NCBI RefSeq assembly: GCF_006345805.1
Contig: NC_043017.1
Coordinates: 14,632,001-14,696,000, forward strand
Origin: Octopus sinensis
Lineage: Eukaryota
Reading direction: 5' to 3'
DNA: 64,000 nt
Under the pieces are notes generated by a model. It was not told the DNA's origin. It did not search any database and saw only the letters and a program-made list of their open reading frames with translations. Below, one piece after another: positions 25,836-40,967 of the stretch (within the stretch, counting starts at the first letter, position 1; each line of letters starts with the position of its first letter). A program made the translations under genes and the position numbers.

Positions 25836-26939
25836 TCGAAGGAGCAGTTGCCGGCATGTTTATTCTGTCATCTTACTAAAAACCGCCACCACCCTTACCA
25901 CCACCACCACCACCACAGCACTTTACACAAATCTGATGACAATTTTCTTTGATTCATTTCTGTTGCTTTAAATCTCTCCTTCCCCACCTCTGCCGCTCTT
26001 CCTCCTCCTCTTACTCACTACTCCTTCCACACAGTTCTATATCCCTCTACTCCTCCCTTTACACATAGTCCATCCATTTTTCTCATCTCAAGTCATACAC
26101 TCCCACTCTCTCTATTGCAGTCCTCCTACTAACTACCACTTGCCTCGGCCTCCACGCGGTCACTCCTCCCTCCACCTCTTTTCTCTGATTGTTTTCTTCT
26201 CTCAAAGACTGTTATACTCCTCCCCCTCTGCCTCAGCCTTCTTCCTCTCCTCATTTCCCTCTGTACTATGGTTCTCCCCCCCACCCACTTCTATCACAGT
26301 CTCTTCTATTCTTTTTATACCCACCACAATCTATTATATTACTAAACGTGACACCAATCCCATCATGCCTGTTTGATGTATGATACGTCCGGTTAGATGC
26401 CGACAGCTAATTGCTTGCACACACACATTATCACTCACACAGCCAATCCTCTCTAAATAGTGTCAGCATTTCTATTTCACACATTTAGGTTCTCTGAAAA
26501 TGATTTACTTCAAAAGGTGATTGTGAAAAATACCTTGGGACGCCCGCTGTACGGAAAACCTTTTGTAAAGTTGGTACTAGCAGACTGTAGTAAAGATCAC
26601 TCCATTCCTTGCTGTTTTGTCTCGCTTTCTACAATGTCCTCCGCCCGTTAATGTAATCGAAATACTGTAGCATCAGCATTAGTAGGGTCCCGAAGGAGCT
26701 ATTTTTCACGCCACATAAAGGCCAGAGATAGGAAGAGAATATTCAAATCGTGACACACAGATCCAAGACAATTGCATATAAAGAATCTCATCAGGTTTTC
26801 TAATTCCGTTCGCCTGCAAATTGTTTGCTGCAGTTTTACACATGGTTCAAACCTGAACAATAGTTCATGCCTGTAAGATCGCCCCATGCATAAAACTACA
26901 CACAGGTAGCCTAGGCGTGAAACTACTTAACACAAGCGT

Positions 26940-27201
26940 ATGTATATTTACATATATTCATAAATACATATACACTTATATGTATGTATACATACATAAA
27001 TACATATACATGTACATACATACAAACGCACGCACACACACATACACACACACTTGCAAAGATGTGATGTCCTCCCACAGTTTCTGTCGACCAAATTGTT
27101 TTCGCATCCTCAAGGACACCTGTGCAAAGTGTCACACTGTAGGATTGAACTCCCAGCTACATAATTGCGAAACGAATGTCTTCTCCACAGAGCCATGCAC
27201 C
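26940..27201 (-). mobile_element. SINE family A, degenerate, with internal microsatellite
   Basis: Reverse complement of the head (GGTGCATGGCTCTGTGG..GAGTTCAATCC) and core, followed by a (TG)/(TATG) tract. Confidence 0.6.
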
Positions 27202-27899
27202 GTTGCTTCGTACACGATGACGTCATAACTGTATTGAAAAGATCAATGCTTGATCAATTAGGTTAATCAATTGGACGAGTTTACTTGAAGCACAAAACAT
27301 CAATTTCGGCTCCAATCCATTGCTGCAGTCACACAGCCCCTGGATTAAATTTACCGGAGGGGTTGTCCCCCTCACCCACACCATGAACAGCCCCTATCAA
27401 TTCTGTAGGCACTAGTAACCCTATCATTACAACCACCGCAACAATCACCACCACTGCCACCACCACCGTCTCCGTCGTGAAAGACAACGGTCGCTGATGG
27501 AGATGTTTTTCTCTTCATTCTCTCTCAGAATTGAGGCACCAGATTTATAAGAGTTGGAGAAACTATCAACTGTTCTTCCCCTTCCCTCCTTTCCTCTTCC
27601 TCCTTCTCTCTCTCTCTTCTGTAATATTTCTGTCTTACTCCTCCTCCTCCTCCTCCTCCAAGATATTTTAAGCATCTTGTCTTGTGATCTTTGTAAATGT
27701 AATTTCAATGATTATGGCGAGACCTAATGAGTTTGGTATTTATATTTCAAGTGTTAACAACTCTTCCCAGGTGGAGATAAGAGTGTACGGTGTGTGTGTG
27801 TTTGTGTGTCTACACATATACATAATGTGGGAATGTATTTGTATTAAATATATCGAAGCCTTGATTATTGATTATTTCTCCAGTCCAGTCGCTTTACAT

Positions 27900-27944
27900 A
27901 CAGACATATATATATACATACATATATATATATACACTGTGTGT

Positions 27945-28005
<61 letters not shown>

Positions 28006-28199
28006 TGTGTATATATATATATACTCTGTGTGTATATATATACAGTATATATATATACACACACATATATATATACATACACATATATATACATACACAT
28101 ATATATACATACATATATGTATATATATGTATATACATACATACATGTATATACATATATACATATATACATACATATATATACAAACATACATATACA

Positions 28200-28231
<32 letters not shown>

Positions 28232-28392
28232 CACATACATATACATATATATATATATATATATACACATACATATACATATTTATATATATATGTATAT
28301 ACATATATATGTATATATATACATACATATATATATATACACACACATACAGATATACCACACACACACACACACACACACACATACCACAC

Positions 28393-28424
<32 letters not shown>

Positions 28425-28428
28425 CACT
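27900..28428. repeat. (TA)/(CA) compound microsatellite
   Basis: Direct reading. Confidence 0.95.
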
Positions 28429-28744
28429 TTTACAAAAAGAAGGACGACAGTGACTTCGCAGTGGTTTGGCCTTCTAGCCTTCGTCGCACTATACAAAGAG
28501 AGGTAACAGGACCGATATTTCGAAGTCACACTCATCCCTCTTTTGTAAAAGTGTAATCTCTCTACTTTACTGAGTAATTCATTTGTAATGCGACATTTCT
28601 TCCGGTTCAAATTCTGCTGTGCTCGACTTCGCCCTTCATCCTTACGCGCTCCAGTAAATAAGTAGCTGTCAACTACTGGGGTTCATGTAATCGACAAGCC
28701 TTGGCCACAACTTTCAGAACTTGTGATTACATTTGAAAGGATTG

Positions 28745-29058
28745 CTGAGACCCCCTTCGGTCATGACTGACCATGGGATTGCACCTAGAAAGTTACCCTC
28801 CCTGGCACAAGTCCGGCCAAGCAGTCACTCATGCATACCAGCCTGCCCTCTCCACGCCACCAGTGTTATCCAAGGGAAAGGCAAAGGGGCCGATACAACT
28901 TGGCACCAGTGATGTCACAACTCATTTCTACAACTGAGTGAACTGGGGCAACGTGTAATAAAGTTTCTTGCTCAAGAACACAACATGCAGCCCGGTCCAG
29001 GATTCGAACTCACAACTTCACAATCGTAAGCTCGACGCTCTGACCACTGAGCCTTCAC
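28745..29058 (-). mobile_element. tRNA-derived SINE (family C, tail type 1)
   Basis: Minus-strand A-box GGCTCAGTGG and B-box GAGTTCGAATCC; core TTGAGCAAGAAACTTTATT..CAGTTCACTCAG..AAATGAGT; distinct tail ending GTCATGACCGAAGGGGGTC. Confidence 0.8.
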
Positions 29059-29081
29059 TTTGAAAGGATTATAAATGACAT

Positions 29082-29122
<41 letters not shown>

Positions 29123-29550
29123 GTGTATGTTTGTGCACGAGCGTGCGTGCGCGCGTGTGTGTAAGTGTATGTATTTGGGTATATGTATCGTTTATCTAAG
29201 GTTTATCTTAAGCCCATATGATAAGCCCTGTTCACAGCAATCTATTTCCCCTATTTTCTTATCATAGTTTTTTTTTTTTATGTTTAGTTTCAAACAACGA
29301 CGATCCTCAGGCGGTTATCATGTCCTGGCCTTCGGCTGCATCACCATAGCCAACCGACTATAATGTCATATTGCTGGCGAGGTTTCTATTTGGCAGCATC
29401 AGAACAGGGGAAAACTTTTACAATTCATAAAATTACTATTTTTTTAAAATTTAAAATTGATTTGTAGTTTATTTGACACGAGCTACATCTATGTGTTGGT
29501 TTTCCTTTAAATTTTTGGAAATTAGAAAGTTTGTTTTTAATTTTCTGTGT

Positions 29551-29589
<39 letters not shown>

Positions 29590-29914
29590 TCCGAAGGGTT
29601 TGCTATAATGCAATACACTTTATATTTGGTAGAAAATTAACTGGAAAAAGCGTTGATAAAAAAAAGAAGAAGCAAAAAGCTTTGAAGAAATTGCCCCCAT
29701 AATGGCCAAAGCCAGTGACAGAAGCTACTGAAAAAGTAATTTCGTTCACATCAAAAAATGAAATGAAATAAAACTTATAAATATATTTAATAAAGGGCGT
29801 TCAGTTTGTTTTTATAAATATCTTCAGTTCACTCTGTGTTTGATTGAGGAAGGTTGAACGTTAAGTAGAGAGAAGGAACATTGAAATACAATGGGTTAGC
29901 AACAAGAACATTAA

Positions 29915-30250
29915 TAATGGTTTCGGATCTAGGCACAAGGCGAACCATTTCAGGGGAATTCAATAGCTAACTAGTATTTTATTTTATCGATTCCTGGAAG
30001 GATCAAAGACAAAGCTGACCTCAGTAGCATACTGCTACTTATAAAAACGGTTTCAAATTTTGGACAGGGTCAGGAGTCTTTAAGGGGAGGGGGCTGGTCG
30101 ATTGCTTCGATTCAGGGCGCAACTTGTACTTATTTCATCGATCCCAAAAGGATAACAGGTAAAGTCGACCCCGGCGGAATTTGGACTAAGAAATGCAATG
30201 ACAATGAGATACTGCTAAGCTTCTTGTCCGGCGCGTTAATGATTCTGCCA
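29915..30250 (-). mobile_element. Two degenerate SINE family B copies
   Basis: Reverse complement of GCCGGGGTCGACTTTACCTGTTATCCTTTTGGGATCGATGAAATAAGTAC. Confidence 0.6.
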
Positions 30251-30742
30251 GCTCCACACACACACACAGACACACACACACATGCACATACACACACACA
30301 TCCATATCGTGTAAGGGTTGGTATTGCTGTTAATTAAAATATAGATTTGTAGTGTTCCGTTGTAAATGATATTCTGGTTTGTGTGTGAGCGCGTGACCAT
30401 GTGTGTGGTAGGGAAAAAGAGAAATAGAGACAGATACATAATGTACAGATTTGCATAAACACACACACAAACACACATACACACACATATATGTAAGATT
30501 TTATACACACCCATGTAAAGAGAAAGAGAGAGAAAGAAAAATACATATGTAAGGAGAGGGGAAGAGAGCGTGTTTGTGTCAGAATTTGTATGTTACTGTG
30601 TGACTGTATGTGTGTGCGCGCGCGCGTGTGTGTGTGTGTGCGCGTGTGTGTGCGTGCGCGCGTGCGATGCTATTGTTTCTGCCAGAATTGACTGAGCAGA
30701 GCTGCAGGAATCACGTGAAAGTTGAGTTGTTTCTGTTGTAAG

Positions 30743-30871
30743 TTGGAAACAACTGGATCCGGAGACCGAAGATAGAATCCCACCCCCATCCACCACCAGC
30801 TCCACTGACGCCCCCCCATACAACAGCAACAGGAACAACAACAACAGCAGCAGAATGGAAATCAATCTTAA
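30743..30871 (+). CDS. Candidate terminal exon with Pro-rich segment and polyQ (needs a 1-nt correction)
   Basis: WIRRPKIESHPHPPPAPLTPP and mixed CAA/CAG QQQQEQQQQQQNGNQS* become one frame if the C7 run at 30811-30817 is C6. Confidence 0.15.
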
Positions 30872-30909
30872 CCAAACAAACTAAACATAACCAATAATAA
30901 ATTAACATC

Positions 30910-30946
30910 AATAATAATAATGACTATGATGATGATGATGATGATG

Positions 30947-30991
<45 letters not shown>

Positions 30992-31071
30992 TAATAATAA
31001 TATAATAATAATAATAATAAAATAATAATAATAATGATGATGATGATAATAATAATAATAATAATAATATA

Positions 31072-31106
<35 letters not shown>

Positions 31107-31122
31107 AATAATAATAATATAA
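30910..31122. repeat. (ATA)/(ATG) trinucleotide microsatellite
   Basis: Direct reading. Confidence 0.95.
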
Positions 31123-31905
31123 TGGACTGAGTAAAGAAAAGAGTGTGGGCGGGAGGAAGAGTTTTGAAAAACAGAGATGAAGAGGAAGAAGAGAAGTGAG
31201 AATGTGTGAGTGTATGTGTGCATGTGCTTGTGTCTGTGTGTGTGTGAGTGTGTATTTGTGAATGTGTGTGTGAAAATACGATCAATCAGAATATGGATAA
31301 TTTAGTCTGGAACAGGATGCAGAGTTTTGGCAGCCTCCCAGACACTGCAGCCACCATGTTGGGAGATATTCCTCTCAACATTAAACGCCCACATCAAATC
31401 GGAATTTTATTTACTTTTTCTTTTTATTTCCCTCATAAAACGATTAAGAAGGACAAGTCAGTGACTGCGGCTGATTTGGATCTTATTTAATGTAATAATA
31501 TTTTATTTTATGTTTTAATGACTTACTCAAGAAAAGAAGAGCAGCACACAATGTGTTCATTTCCGAGGGCATCGAGGAACTGGTTGTTTTTAGACACCTT
31601 TTTATCAAATGGCCCCTGGGAGGTAAAGGCTGGAGAAAACAGTTTTGTAGGAACCAAGTTAAAAGTCTGTTTCGTTCTCGTTTAACCTCCCTTGACAACT
31701 CACTTATAGAATGTAATTATCACACACAAAAGTACGAAAGGGAACTCGATACACAATCAAGAAGAGTCTATATCCATATGCTTTTAACTGAAATTGCAGT
31801 AGCGACTCAAGGTCCTTGATTTTAATGCCAGAGCACTTACCAAAACAGTCTGGTAAATGCCTCTGCATTTGCTCCCGACTCTCTCCTGTATTAACTTCGC
31901 ATGTA

Positions 31906-31992
<87 letters not shown>

Positions 31993-32717
31993 TTGTGTAT
32001 TTGAAAAGTCAGGGATGGAAAGTATGGTTGTTATCGTCAAAGCGGTGACGTAATCTGATTATTCGTAACAAGTCGGACTCTGCAAAAGACACCTAAAAAC
32101 CAATTATGGGCCACAACTGTCTTGCTGTCCATCCCAGCCCTACGTTGTCACTGGATCGGCTAGAAATATATCCCATCTCTGTCTTTCTTCGGGAAGGACA
32201 CACTGAATTATGTAGTAGTAGATTCCCCTAAGTAGACTGTTTCATCATGGTTGGAACACTTCTCTTGGCTATTGGTCTTCTTCATGAGAACTGCTCTGGG
32301 GGCTAACTACTGTAACAACCACATTTTACTTTCGAGGCTACAGTAGAAGACATATTTGTTCAGGGTGCTTTGTGCTGTAAGATCGAACGCAAACCATGTT
32401 GTGAAGCGAACTTCTTATCAGCCATATTGACACCCGTTCAACAGATCGAAGCAAAACTAAAACAGCTGGAACCTCAACAAGTGTTTCTCATTGCCAGTCT
32501 CATCCCACCCACCCCTCCTAACAATGTTTACACTCTGCTTTTCCTGCTCGTTATTTGGACTAATTTTTGGTTTGGTCGATCATCTCGACTCGGAACGGAA
32601 AGAGTGATGGCCAATAGGCTTTACAGCAGCCGAAAATGGATGCAGCTATATTTGATTGGTGTTTCTTTGAGCTAGAAACGGAAACTAGAATAGCTGAAAG
32701 TAGATAGATCTTTAATT

Positions 32718-32721
<4 letters not shown>

Positions 32722-32810
<89 letters not shown>
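32722..32810. repeat. Pure (GA)n
   Basis: Direct reading. Confidence 0.97.
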
Positions 32811-32815
<5 letters not shown>

Positions 32816-33548
32816 TGTGGGTGTTGGATGAGTATGGAGTATGATTAAAAGAGGAGACGGATCTATTTGAAGAAGAGAATAAGCGAGCGATGCAAAATGA
32901 AGAGGCCTGGTTAGTGTGGTAATACCAGAGAGAAATATCTGAAGACGAAAATTGCAAACAATAAATATTGGCCTCTTTTTTTGGTGGAAAATAATTCACG
33001 AGGTTAGAAGAGATAGCAATGGAGGGGAAAAAAACGAAACAAGAGGGATGTTTGTTGTCTGCTATTAGAGGTGGCAGTGGAGAATGCAGTAAACCGTGAT
33101 GAATGGTTTCTATGGGAGTGAAATGTTCACAGAAGAACTGTCGGCGAGTGTCCGTTGCAGTTATTATATTGAAAGCAGCATTCGGTGAAGAGTTTTGGCT
33201 GCAGTAACGCCCGGACACGCCCACAACCAGTTTTGGTGTTTAGCGTGGATTTTATGGCACAATTTATTGGAAAATAGTTTTGTTTCTCTCACAAACATTA
33301 ACTTGTTTATATCGATAAATGAAGCAGTGGCTGTTGTTTTGAAACCATCGACATCATCATCATCATCATCATCATAAACACATTCCATCACCAACATCAT
33401 CACCACAATAATCACTATCACTACCATTAACAAAATTCCTATCACAAACACCACCACCATCACCACTACCGCTTCCACCACCAACACCACAATAAATTAT
33501 CTGTTCCATCATTATCACATTCATCATCACCATACACAACCATTTCTA

Positions 33549-33710
33549 CACCACCACCACCACCACCACCACCACCACCACCACCACCACCACCACCACC
33601 ACCACCACCACCACCACCACCACCACCACCACCCTCACCACCACCACCACACCACCACCACCCCACCACCACCACCACCACCACCACCACCACCACCACC
33701 CTCACCACCA
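33549..33710. repeat. (CCA)n trinucleotide tract
   Basis: Direct reading. Confidence 0.95.
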
Positions 33711-34630
33711 CTGTTGCCGTCCTCTTCAACAAATCAACCACCACCATCACTAACATAACCGCCACCACTACCATCAGCATTATTGCCACTACCTCCACCA
33801 CCAGTTGAGAAACTGGACTTCATAAAACCAGAAAGGATACACCTTCATCCTTCCCGGGGGTCATTTAAAGCGGTGCCAGTTAAATACTGGCACCAATTCT
33901 GCCCGTCCCCACTCAATATGATAAATCAATATCATAGAATATTCAACTAATTCAATATGGCGCCTGTGTCACGATAAGCGATTTCTCTGCGGACATGTGA
34001 CTGCAAAAGATAAATATATCAACTTGGGTTTTTTTAAAGTCTTTGAATAATATTTGGTGTCGAAAGAATGTTTCTGAAGGGTTGGTCAACTGGTTTCTTA
34101 CTAATTTTATTACAATGGAGCTTTCACATATTTCGTTATAGGTTCAGTTCTCATCTACCGTTCGTTAAAGTAGCTGAATATTTGTAAACACGGATTTCCA
34201 AAGGAAAGTGCAAGGTTTTCAGTGAATTTGACTGGTGCTTTATTCTATTGGTCCCGGAAAGAAGATCATTAAAGTTGACTTTGGTCAGATTAGAATGCAG
34301 AACGTTAAGTTAGAATCTACGTCAAAGCTATAGGCCCATTGGATAGAAGTATGTGTTGGCGTTTAAACGACTGATGCTGTAAGATTCCTTTGTAAATGGA
34401 ACTTCGGTCCGTGGCATGTTTAGTCCTCAAATGCCAAGCGGACTGAAACAACGTGAAGTGAAAGATGTTACCAAAGGACACAATGCAGCAATGGGGCCAT
34501 AAAGTGAACCCACGACCGAACTAGTGTGAAACCAACCTAACTACTTGCCCATTCAACAGCATCAGAACAGAAAGGATGGCGACTAAATGTCGCAAAGCAT
34601 TTTCGAATGACGCTCAAACGATTTTGTCAA

Positions 34631-34668
<38 letters not shown>

Positions 34669-35555
34669 CCTACTAGACAATAATTCTATAATATTGATCT
34701 CATTATTAATTACCGAAAAATCAATTAATAATCAAAAAGATTATGTATTAATAAATACAAGCTATGGAAGATGGAGCTGCGGTAATTTTCACTAATATTG
34801 AGTACAGTATATATATATATATATAATATATATATATATATATAATATATATATATATATTATATATATATATATTATATATATATATATACATATATAT
34901 ACATATATATATATATGTGTGTGTGGTGTGTGTGTGTGTGTGTGTGTGTAAATACGTGTATGCATCTATTCTTTGTGTGCGTCGGTATTTCCAGGTATAC
35001 AAATATTTGGCCGATCCTCAACAACCTTCATTTTGTAGAAACTTGACCACTGAACCAGAATAATTATCCACCTCCAAGATTTAATCACTCAGACAATATC
35101 AATTAAGACCTGTTGTTTGAACCAGTACAAAGGTCAACCCCAATAATTTAACCTTTTTCTAATAGTTTCAATTAAATCTATTGATTGGAAACAAGAAGAG
35201 AATTAATCATTGTCCTGACCCATTCATACTTACAACACACAATAACAATAACTTTGCATAACATTTCTAAGTCTTTAAATTAGTTTTGAGAGACATTTAT
35301 TACGCCCCGCCCCTCACACACGCAGGCCTTTCCACTCGCCCTTAAGTTGTAAACAACATTTCCTAATCCACAGTCCTGAACATCCCGACCCAGGGGCGAA
35401 AGTAAGTAGACTGTCTACATTTGATATCAAACATATCTGTCCCCTCTACTCAGCTTATTGAGTTTGAACGACGTAAAATAGAGTTTCATATATTTTACAA
35501 CTCTTACATTACATATACATGCATACATACATACATACATACATACATACATACA

Positions 35556-35591
<36 letters not shown>

Positions 35592-35693
35592 TACACACAC
35601 AAATACATATGCATAAATGTATGCATACATATGCTTGTGTGTATATGCACTCAATTACAGATACGTATCATTCTGAACAAATAGCGCGCGCAC

Positions 35694-35728
<35 letters not shown>

Positions 35729-35759
35729 ACACAAACACACACACACACACACACACACA

Positions 35760-35796
<37 letters not shown>

Positions 35797-38379
35797 ATAT
35801 ATATATATAAATATATATGTGCATATATATATATATTATATACGCACACACTCACTCACACACACACAATATTTGATCTTTCACCACTACAAGTTGAAAG
35901 CAAACATCATATGACTATTGAAAAAATCATTAGCTGCTCTCCGTTTGCAGAACTTTATTTGACATGGGACAGAAGGGCATTTTAACCTAGACAACAATGT
36001 TTTAATAATTATAATTGTCTGACTCGGTTATCTAATATCACAGACAATAGTATGGTTCATGTTACAGCCATATTACAGATAAAGCAGACATGCTGGAGAG
36101 TCATGCGAGGAGGATTAATTTCTCGCCAGAGTCCAGACATTTACAATAATCAGGTATGGCTTCAATCAAAATTAAATAATAAAGGAAAACCCCCCCTACC
36201 GCCTCGTTTGACTCCAGCCCCAACTCCCAACATTTCTTGAGTGACATCAAGAAAATGGTTAAGAACATAGTGTGTGATAAGTCATTGAAAGAATGTTGTA
36301 GAAACTACTACGAGAGAAGAGTACGCAATACTTGGTGAATTACATTCAGAGATTATCTGTAGGAAAAGTATATCACATGGGGCGGAAAGATGAGTCACTA
36401 TGAAATGAACTAATGGAGAAAACCTGTTGCTTGATGTCTTGTACAGGGGAAGCTAGATTTACATGAAGGCCATCACTGGAAATATTGTTGCGACAAAAGG
36501 AACAGAAACTATGAAGTTAACCGAGTGGCAATAAAAATACTTCGTCTCAGAGACTAAGTAATTATTTAGTAAATATTATTTTACGATCCTGCGAGAAATA
36601 CCGCTTTAGAAGTCTTTAGAAATATCCAGTGGCTGGAACGTTCGCAGTTCTGTTACAATCAACGACCTATGATGTCTCACAGACTTAGCTTTCAATAAGT
36701 TAACCCAAACTCGCATTTAGGTTTGGTTTAAAGCTACAATAAACTTTAACAACTTTATTCTATTTTAATAACATTCATTTAAATTCTGCAATAGTTCAGA
36801 TTTACCCTATCAACTCTTACATTCGCTCGACCAAGCAGTGTGGGTCTCTGTAAGTGTCACATTAGTTTACGAAGCATACTTGAAATTTTCAACAAACACT
36901 TTACTAGCCAGGAAGAAGTTTGTAAATCAATTGTTTCGCACAAACCTCGTCTTACAAAATCACATTTTTGTCTTTAAACCCAATGGTTTAAAGGTTCGAC
37001 AGAAATATGTAGCAGGAACAACCTAAAGCAGATTCTGTCGAGTTTATTCGCCACCTGTTTACGTAAAGAGTTTTGCATTTGAACCAAACAAATCAATACG
37101 GCATTACATGAAACAAACACGAACTATTTATTAACAAATTTTCTTGTAGATTCATAGAAACAAACCAACAAACAAGGAAAGATTTCCACCAACGCCACCA
37201 TGTCTCATTGTGGCACAGAGCCACAGACTATAAAACAAATTTTGAGATAGTAGCCGCCATCTATCGGAGGATAACTGCATAACTTTTAGTGTCCATTCAA
37301 TATACAATGATGTACGTAAAGAAAAGTGTTCAACTTGGACTGAACGAAGGTGAAGTGGAACTGAACAGGTTGAAGACAAGAACTTTTGTCATGTCTTCAC
37401 ACAAAACGCATGGAGTCGGTTGACCAATCCTTCTTCTAAAGACACATCCGTTTGGGACTCCCAAATCAAATCATATTCTCTCTACAACTACTTAAACGAT
37501 TTAAATGAAATATTATATAGCAATTTAAATGGAATATTATGCAAACTCGAAGATCCAGTTTACTCCACAGCTTAGAAGGACCTGTGAAAAGCTGTAGGCT
37601 GTTTCGCTTCACTAACTGAGTGTATATATAAAGTGAGTGGAGACGGATGCATTCTCTTTGATTTTCAATTCAAAATTAAGCAGGGATAAGGAACCCGTGT
37701 TATCGGGGTGATCCAGACCAACTTGTTCATCAAAATTATTTACATGTATCATATATTTTAAAGGCTTCATCGCGAGAGAATGTTAATACAAGGATGTCAT
37801 CCGCATTTCACATTTAAACAATATTACATTTGATGGTGAAATACAATTAAAGCAACACATGAATGGATGTAAGAAACCATATATCTCTACTCATACCCGT
37901 TCACACTCTTTCTATATTCGTCTTCATTGGAACAGAAGCGGAAAGATTGTCAGACATATTTCTTGGTATTACACGCATGGATTGGGTAGACGAGCATATA
38001 AGTCTTGCACACACAAACGTGCAGCACACACACGCGCGCGCGTACGTACACACTAACACACACACACACACACACACAGCATACATTCAATACAATAGAA
38101 AACTAAAACAAAATTCTGCACATATCCAAAACTCATTGAGTTGTGCTCAATTGTGCAGTGAAAGTAGACAAAAAAATAAGACTACGAACTAATAATAATA
38201 ATAATGATGATGATGATGATGATAATAATAATAATGATAATGATAATAATAATAATAATGATAATAATAATCTATTGAAGCTATGGTTATGACCATTGCT
38301 GTAGTTCTGAGGAAGTTATGAAAACAATTTGGTGTTTGGTGTAGAATTAGGTCTTCTTCTGTCTTTGAAATGGTGAGTT

Positions 38380-38605
38380 GCGACAGGCTTCTGTGAATTC
38401 CCGGAGCAGCTGCATTCGCCGTGGCATCAAATCCGCCAGGAGGACGGTGGGACAGTCCTGGTGGAATTGTTGCCCACCACTCTTGCAGTGCTAGTTGTTG
38501 GTCAGCATTGTTTGGTCGCTTTACTGCCTTCCTGGGTCTTCAACGTGGTCTGGGATGTTTCCACGAACTCTTTGTCTTCCTGATTCCTCACCAGAACAGT
38601 TTTCA
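38380..38605 (-). mobile_element. Decayed Tc1/mariner transposase C-terminal fragment
   Basis: Frameshifted pieces VE.IPDHV, KRPNNADQQLALQEWWATIP and LADLMPRRMQ resemble the Tc1 C-terminal pattern IENxWxxLK..LxxALxEEWxxIP..SMPRRxQ. Confidence 0.4.
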
Positions 38606-38606
38606 C

Positions 38607-38648
<42 letters not shown>

Positions 38649-39229
38649 GTACACATATGTATCTAAACACGCACAGAAATAGAGACGTATATAGTATAGA
38701 TATATAGACACAGACACACACACACACTCTTATATACAGATATAGAGACATATTCTTATACAGACAGATACATATATATAGACATATAGATATGTAGAGA
38801 CACATATTTACATACACACAGACGTATATAATTAAATACACACACACACACACTGGTATAGAATTAAGGAGACATAATGTATAGAAAAGTATCGATGAGG
38901 ATCGGGATTCAATATGTCTGACTGATTTCCTGGAAATAACAGTCGAATTTCTGTCTTTAAAAAAGGACATTGTATAGACTGTGATAACCTTTTTGAATAA
39001 AAGACGTGGTGGGCATGTCTAGGCTCTCCTAGGTCTATCTGATCATTACTAACCTTGGGCTAAACAACACTCTCATCAGCTCACATTTCTTGAGGTATTT
39101 TATATATATATTTAGTTTCTTCCTCTTATGGAAGACGTGATTGTTCTTCCGACGTTAAAGGTTACCACAGCAGCTTCCTGTTGATATATAGGGATAGATA
39201 GATAGATAGATAGATAGATATAAAGAGAG

Positions 39230-39272
<43 letters not shown>

Positions 39273-39440
39273 GAAAGGGAGAAGTAAGATACAGAGATAG
39301 AGGGACAGTAGAACGGAGGGAGATAGAAAGAGATTATATATATACACACCGAGAGAGAAAAATAATGGAGATTGTGAAGTGAAAGTGGAGAGACACTGCA
39401 GGAGAGGGGCGAGGAAGAAGTATTTGTGCGCGCGCGCGTG

Positions 39441-39471
<31 letters not shown>

Positions 39472-39886
39472 ACGTATACAACAGACGTAGGAGAGGGAGA
39501 CGGAAAGTATTGAGGTTAATAAGTGCATTTAATCTACCAACAATACAAACCTATTGCTCGACCTTATTTAACTCCACCCCACCCTTTCCCTTCACTAGCC
39601 CCACCCTCCCTCTTTCCACCCCTCTCCCTCACTTTCCTCACCTTCCTTTTCGCTATCCTCTCCCTGTATAATCTGAAGCCAAATTTTAAATAAGAACATA
39701 GAATCATCGATACAGTGGCTGCTGTTGTTAAGATTTGCAGATCAAATGTTTGTGATGAGTGATGAGTGACAGAAACTAGATAATGACTGACACCAATCAA
39801 GATAATTACGAAAGAAGTTGTTTTTTAAAAAAAAAACAGCGGAAATTAAGACTTTTCCCTTTGAGGATGAGTAAAAGAGACAGTAA

Positions 39887-39931
<45 letters not shown>

Positions 39932-40967
39932 CAATGAGGGTTATCCGAGGCGTGGTTATTGCTAGTTGAAAATTATTATTATTATTATTATTATTTCGTT
40001 GCAGTTGCTTTTCGTTACAAGAAGCAGAAGAAGTCTTCCTGCTTTGCTGCTAGTTTTTCCTCTTTCGTCACTCATCCTCTGCCATTTTATGCTTTTTACT
40101 ATTTGATCGGTTTATTTATTTGTAATCGACCGCAATTTTCGGATTGAAATAAATCAATTGAAATAAATAAAATTATAAAAAACGGGAAACTGAAATTAAA
40201 TCGAAGTGATGTCCTTTATTTATTGAGGTTTTTGTTTGTGTCTTTGAAAATCACCGTCATTTTCAGCTGTATGTTATGCATCTCTCACCCCGCATCTGCT
40301 CTGCCCCACTTCACACTCCATCTATTCTCTCTAATTAATTCCAGTTTTACCGTCACCAACAAATATTCAAAGAAATTTTTCTCATCGACTCACGGAAAAT
40401 GCCTCCACTATTTAAAATATTTGCGACGTGAATCTTCGAACGGTGGATCGGTAGAATCTTTGGAACATCAGATAACATTTGGTAGAATCTTTTGAAGTAT
40501 GGAGATAATGCCTTGCGGTATTTAGTTAGTGCCTGTTACATTCTGTGTTCTAACCATACCGAGATCATGTTTATCTTTCGACTTGCCGGGGTCGATAAAA
40601 TAAGGGACCAGTTAAAATATTGGCCTCGATTTAATCGGATAATACCCACGTCTCCTAGACTTCTCCATACAAGGGAGTAGGGTTGAGAATTTCGAACCAA
40701 TATTTTTGTGCTGGTTGCATTTTAAGGGTCGATGAAGATGAAAACCTTTATGGCGTCAGTAATCCTGAGGAACAGCGACTTTCAGGTATTAAAGACCTTC
40801 AACGACATAACAGTGCAACAATGCCGCAGAAATCCTGTAATTAAGGAGACATGAGTTGCGTTCGTTATAAGGACCGGTACATGTATAATTAATGGTCGCT
40901 CGCATATGTGAATTAAACAAGTTGAATTGAAATAAACTTTGAGAATATAAAGTGACATTTTTTAAAA

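Noticed and set aside
32712-33224. 170 aa minus-strand ORF
   Set aside because: Partly sustained by the (GA)n tract; the composition looks like antisense of purine-rich DNA and no domain is recognisable.
36079-36153. 75 nt plus-strand mini-exon with donor CAG|GTATGG
   Set aside because: The acceptor lacks a pyrimidine tract and the peptide is uninformative; such donors arise by chance in 64 kb.
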